Part shown: piece after piece, positions 25,433-28,684 of the stretch
Position numbering within the stretch: position 1 is the stretch's first letter
Layout of the letters: the number at the start of each line of letters is the position of its first letter
IMG/VR virus record: IMGVR_UViG_3300008218_000036
Span: 1 to 28,684 of that record
DNA length: 28,684 nt
Source: a virus
Lineage: Duplodnaviria; Caudoviricetes
Strand: one strand, 5' to 3'
Translations under genes and position numbers: made by a program
The notes under the pieces: generated by a model
What the model saw: the letters and a program-made list of their open reading frames with translations, nothing else
What the model was told of the DNA's origin: nothing
The model's database searches: none

Positions 25433-26430
25433 TGGACAAAGTTATACTTGGCGACGCTAGAACAAAGTTGTTTGATTTTCCAGAGAAGTGCGTCAATACG
25501 TGCGTAACATCTCCTCCGTACTGGGGCTTGCGAGATTATGGAACGTCTACATGGGTTGGCGGCAATGAAAATTGCACCCATAGAACACAGAGAGATAGAC
25601 GTGGGGAGTATGGCGGTAAGCAGGAAACCAACGTAGGTTCGGTAGTAGGCTCGCGGGAAATAAAAGTGAACTCAGCTTGTCCCACGTGCGGAGCAGTTAG
25701 GGAGGATAATCAAATAGGTCTAGAAGATAGCGTAGATGGATTCGTAGAATCTATGGTAGAGGTATGCAGAGGTATTAGACACGCTCTAAGAGATGATGGC
25801 ACCCTATGGTTAAACCTTGGCGATAGTTATGCAGGTTCCACAGGTCAGTCAGGCGGTGAAGGTATGAGCACAAAGGATGATATTCACGTTAAAAGGGGCT
25901 CTGACAAGGCTCTACGCCCTAGTAATGTAAGCGGTTTAAAACCAAAAGATTTAATTGGAGTTCCTTGGCGTGTTGCTTTTGCATTGCAAGCTGATGGATG
26001 GTATCTTAGACAAGATATCATATGGCATAAACCTGCACCTATGCCTGAGCCTACAAAGGATAGATGCGTCAAGTCTCATGAGTACATATTTTTACTAAGT
26101 AAAGAACCTAGATACTATTTTGATTACGAATCCATACAGGAAGAATCTATTGGTGAAGATTCAGAGATGCGTAACAAGCGCAATGTATGGTCAGTAAATA
26201 CAGCATCTTTTTCAGACGCTCATTTTGCTACGTTTCCCCCTGATTTAATTATACCATGCGTTCTAGCAGGTAGCCCTGAAGGCGGATTAGTATTAGACCC
26301 ATTTATGGGTAGCGGTACTGTAGCAATGGTATCAAAAAGATTAGGAAGACACTATACAGGCGTTGAGTTAAACCCTGAGTACCATAAGATAATACACAAA
26401 CGAACATGTCAACAGGAGTTGTTCATATGA
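25423..26430 (+). CDS. DNA N4-cytosine/N6-adenine methyltransferase (beta class)
   Basis: Catalytic TSPPY near the N-terminus and SAM-binding VLDPFMGSGT near the C-terminus; Cys-containing insert (CTH...CPTC). Confidence 0.92.
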   Translation: MDIMDKVILGDARTKLFDFPEKCVNTCVTSPPYWGLRDYGTSTWVGGNENCTHRTQRDRRGEYGGKQETNVGSVVGSREIKVNSACPTCGAVREDNQIGLEDSVDGFVESMVEVCRGIRHALRDDGTLWLNLGDSYAGSTGQSGGEGMSTKDDIHVKRGSDKALRPSNVSGLKPKDLIGVPWRVAFALQADGWYLRQDIIWHKPAPMPEPTKDRCVKSHEYIFLLSKEPRYYFDYESIQEESIGEDSEMRNKRNVWSVNTASFSDAHFATFPPDLIIPCVLAGSPEGGLVLDPFMGSGTVAMVSKRLGRHYTGVELNPEYHKIIHKRTCQQELFI

Positions 26431-26657
26431 CAAAAGAAAACAGAGGAGCGTTGTTTAACAACAGCTACAAAGAAGATGGAGATAAGCGACCCGATTTAAT
26501 TGGCGAGCTAAACGTAGAAGGTCGTGGATATAGAATAGCCGCTTGGAGAAATACATCCAAGAAAGGCTTATCTTATCTATCCTTATCGGTTGAAGAATCT
26601 GAAGATGTAGAAACGGATAATAATGCCGAAGAAGAAAGCTCAAAAGTCCCCTTTTAA
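26427..26657 (+). CDS. Small SSB-like protein (DUF736-like)
   Basis: GALF...RPD..G...IAAW...YLSLSV with an acidic tail ending in PF; AGGAG before the ATG at 26427. Confidence 0.65.
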   Translation: MTKENRGALFNNSYKEDGDKRPDLIGELNVEGRGYRIAAWRNTSKKGLSYLSLSVEESEDVETDNNAEEESSKVPF

Positions 26658-26883
26658 GTGGCGATTCGCTCCTAAAGAAACGCAAGAAAAACGCAGGTAC
26701 GAACTCTATAGTCAGTTTGCCTTAGCTCAGTACCATATGGGTATTAATACTACTTTAGATATTAAAAATAAAGTAGTTGGACCTGTAACTTTGGCGAACT
26801 GCTCTATAGAGGACTTTGAAAACCTTATGAGTGAGTTGCGTAAAACTTTTAAGAGTGGAGACTACAAAAACGACGATGAGTAA
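26623..26883 (+). CDS. Hypothetical protein
   Basis: 86 aa ORF within the operon. Confidence 0.55.
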   Translation: MPKKKAQKSPFKWRFAPKETQEKRRYELYSQFALAQYHMGINTTLDIKNKVVGPVTLANCSIEDFENLMSELRKTFKSGDYKNDDE

Positions 26884-27208
26884 ACTCTATAACGAAAAGG
26901 ATTATATTGACGCTTTCTATGAACTTGAGAATGGATGGTGGTGGTACTCTACAATTAACTATGTAACAGTTATACCAAAGCATGGTAACGTCAAGAGAAG
27001 AATAAAAGAAAGTAATATAAGAAACAGATGGGTTAAATCTTTTATTACTCCATATATATGCGATAAGTGTGATTATGTATGGACAGAAGATATATATCAG
27101 GGTAGAAAGGTGTCGATAATCCATGATGATTTTCCAAGGTTTAAACTAAAATGTAAGACATGTCAATTCTGCGATGGCGATAAAAACAATGAACAAATTA
27201 GAAAATAA
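26876..27208 (+). CDS. Hypothetical zinc-finger protein
   Basis: CDKC...CKTCQFC; start probably the ATG at 26876. Confidence 0.55.
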   Translation: MSKLYNEKDYIDAFYELENGWWWYSTINYVTVIPKHGNVKRRIKESNIRNRWVKSFITPYICDKCDYVWTEDIYQGRKVSIIHDDFPRFKLKCKTCQFCDGDKNNEQIRK

Positions 27209-27335
27209 ATACAGACAGCGAGCGTTTTACTTAGGAAGAAAGATGTATTGGTATGGATTTAAAACCGGTATAATAGTTGGATTAGTAGCGTGTTCTATTT
27301 TAATGTTAGTAATTATATATATTACTGATGTATGA
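27189..27335 (+). CDS. 48-aa single-pass membrane protein
   Basis: Not in the ORF track. Basic N-terminus followed by GIIVGLVACSILMLVIIYI; ATGA overlap with the next gene. Confidence 0.55.
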   Translation: MNKLENKYRQRAFYLGRKMYWYGFKTGIIVGLVACSILMLVIIYITDV

Positions 27336-27511
27336 ATAACGAGATAATTAAACTAATAGAAAAAAGACTTGAAGCTGGGGCTAAAAAGTATGGCGAAGAA
27401 ATGGATGTTTTTGATGGCAGAGACTGGCTACAAGAGACTATAGAAGAGCTATTAGACGCTTGTGTTTATCTGTCAGCTCTATTATTAAAAATCAAGAAAG
27501 AGAGTAAATAA
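27332..27511 (+). CDS. 59-aa helical protein, possibly MazG-like/all-alpha NTP pyrophosphatase-related
   Basis: Not in the ORF track. RLEAGAKKYG...DWLQETIEELLDACVY with an E..EE..D acidic motif. Confidence 0.55.
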   Translation: MNNEIIKLIEKRLEAGAKKYGEEMDVFDGRDWLQETIEELLDACVYLSALLLKIKKESK

Positions 27512-27596
27512 TATATAATGTGGTATGGAGTGCCGACTCTAACATAAAAGTGTCTTTAAGGGGCAAATTTGGGCTTTATTTGGCTATTGTATGATT

Positions 27597-28684
27597 CTAT
27601 TTAGGCTTGTTATTTCTTAGTATTTTTGGTAGCCTACTCAATTCTTCACCTTTTAAAAATAGTTTTTGCAAACTATCTAATTCTTCAGCATCTATATTTT
27701 TACGCAAACTATCTAAAAGTGAGTGAAAAGGTTTATTATGCCCGGTATAATCATCCAGAAAACTATACTCATTAAGTCTTGATTTATCAATCGCTGGGCT
27801 AGCATGAAAAGCCTCATGGGTAGGAACATATTTTTCAATATCATACTGCCTAGATGGCTCATAAAAAAAGACAGAGTCTGGTGCTGTCGCAGCATCCTTA
27901 GCTCTTCTAAAGCGACCCAAAACCTCTTCCACTTCGCCAGTTTTCGGACTGCGCTGAAAATATGACCTATCAGTTTTATATGGAACTAAACCGCCGGGAG
28001 CATCGCCTATGGAAAGTTTGTTTAGTAGATTATTTATAACGCGAGAGCCTTCTCTTGTTCTATTGAAATCTTGTTGATAACCCATAGCTTTTCCTATAGA
28101 CAAAGGGGCTTGTTTATCTTCAAATAATTTTTCCATAATCATTTCATAACTAGGAGCGTGTAGTGGATAAAATGTATTGCCCCTATGGCGAGCTCCTGGA
28201 GTTCCGTATTGTTCATTTACAGGTTTATAGAGTGAATAATCATCTGAAATATTAACTCTAGTAACGTCAGGTAAAGCGTATCCGCCGTTTTCCTTTCCTT
28301 GAATGTTAAATAACTTGGTTAACATTTTTTCAGTACCAGGCTTCACAGTACCATGTTTTTTGTACTGGTTCATAGCAGCGCTCAAGGATTTATTTATCAT
28401 ACTTTCCTTTTCTGTCAATTTTTTAAGTTTTACAGGTTCCCCAGCGCTCTGCATTTTATATTTTTTAACTAGCTCTTTATTTAAATTCTCCACCATCTTA
28501 TGATTAACTCTAGACTTACGCAAGTTTTCTATTATTTGTTTTACTATTTTAGATGAAGGAGCAGCAACAGAAGCTCCAGGAGTAGCATATTCTATAACTC
28601 CTAGACCTTGACCAACCACTCTTTGGTCTTCATGTGGCGGCTGCTCATAAGCGTCAATTACTTGGTCAATATAACTGTGAGCCA
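27597..28684 (-). CDS. HExxH (SprT/zincin-like) protein, start at or beyond the window edge
   Basis: Frame stays open from 28682; THEAFH...GHNKPF; last gene of a convergent minus-strand unit. Confidence 0.6.
   Translation of the reverse strand, partial: AHSYIDQVIDAYEQPPHEDQRVVGQGLGVIEYATPGASVAAPSSKIVKQIIENLRKSRVNHKMVENLNKELVKKYKMQSAGEPVKLKKLTEKESMINKSLSAAMNQYKKHGTVKPGTEKMLTKLFNIQGKENGGYALPDVTRVNISDDYSLYKPVNEQYGTPGARHRGNTFYPLHAPSYEMIMEKLFEDKQAPLSIGKAMGYQQDFNRTREGSRVINNLLNKLSIGDAPGGLVPYKTDRSYFQRSPKTGEVEEVLGRFRRAKDAATAPDSVFFYEPSRQYDIEKYVPTHEAFHASPAIDKSRLNEYSFLDDYTGHNKPFHSLLDSLRKNIDAEELDSLQKLFLKGEELSRLPKILRNNKPK

Noticed and set aside
25049-26430. Type II restriction-modification pair
   Set aside because: The upstream PD-(D/E)XK-like protein is short and looks like a common stand-alone phage family; adjacency to the methyltransferase alone is insufficient.
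13122-27124. Minus-strand ORFs within the early arm (for example 21608-22087, 19280-19603)
   Set aside because: Antisense shadows of plus-strand genes.
1-28684. Genome-wide stop-codon reassignment
   Set aside because: Core genes are full length in the standard code, and TAG and TGA end genes at sensible places (TerL, TerS, portal).
1-28684. tRNA, rRNA, introns, inteins or reverse-transcriptase elements
   Set aside because: No cloverleaf seen in the intergenic gaps, TerL and DnaB are of normal length, and no RT motif was recognised; tRNAscan and Infernal were not run.

Overview
A 28.7 kb, AT-rich segment of a tailed dsDNA phage (Caudoviricetes, probably podovirus-like) with two divergent arms. 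The minus-strand arm (about 12.37 kb down to base 1) carries small Cys-rich genes, a metallophosphoesterase, TerS, TerL, a portal, a scaffold, the major capsid protein, small virion and adaptor proteins and the start of a tail fibre. The plus-strand arm (about 13.0-27.5 kb) appears complete. It encodes a MoxR-like AAA+ ATPase/VWA pair, a ParB-like protein, an RHH regulator, a Cas4-like exonuclease, a Sak/Rad52-like annealase, SSB-like proteins, DnaB, PD-(D/E)XK proteins and an N4/N6 DNA methyltransferase. I recognise no integrase, polymerase or primase in it. A convergent minus-strand HExxH gene closes the window. The most striking signals are non-coding: two tandem dif-like (XerC/XerD) sites, phased A-tracts, a pair of inverted AT-rich CTATACGCTA elements 7.8 kb apart that each head an operon, three apparently leaderless promoters, a long G-U-containing hairpin, and an apparent total absence of GATC and GGCC. 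All family assignments come from motif recognition by eye; no searches were run.
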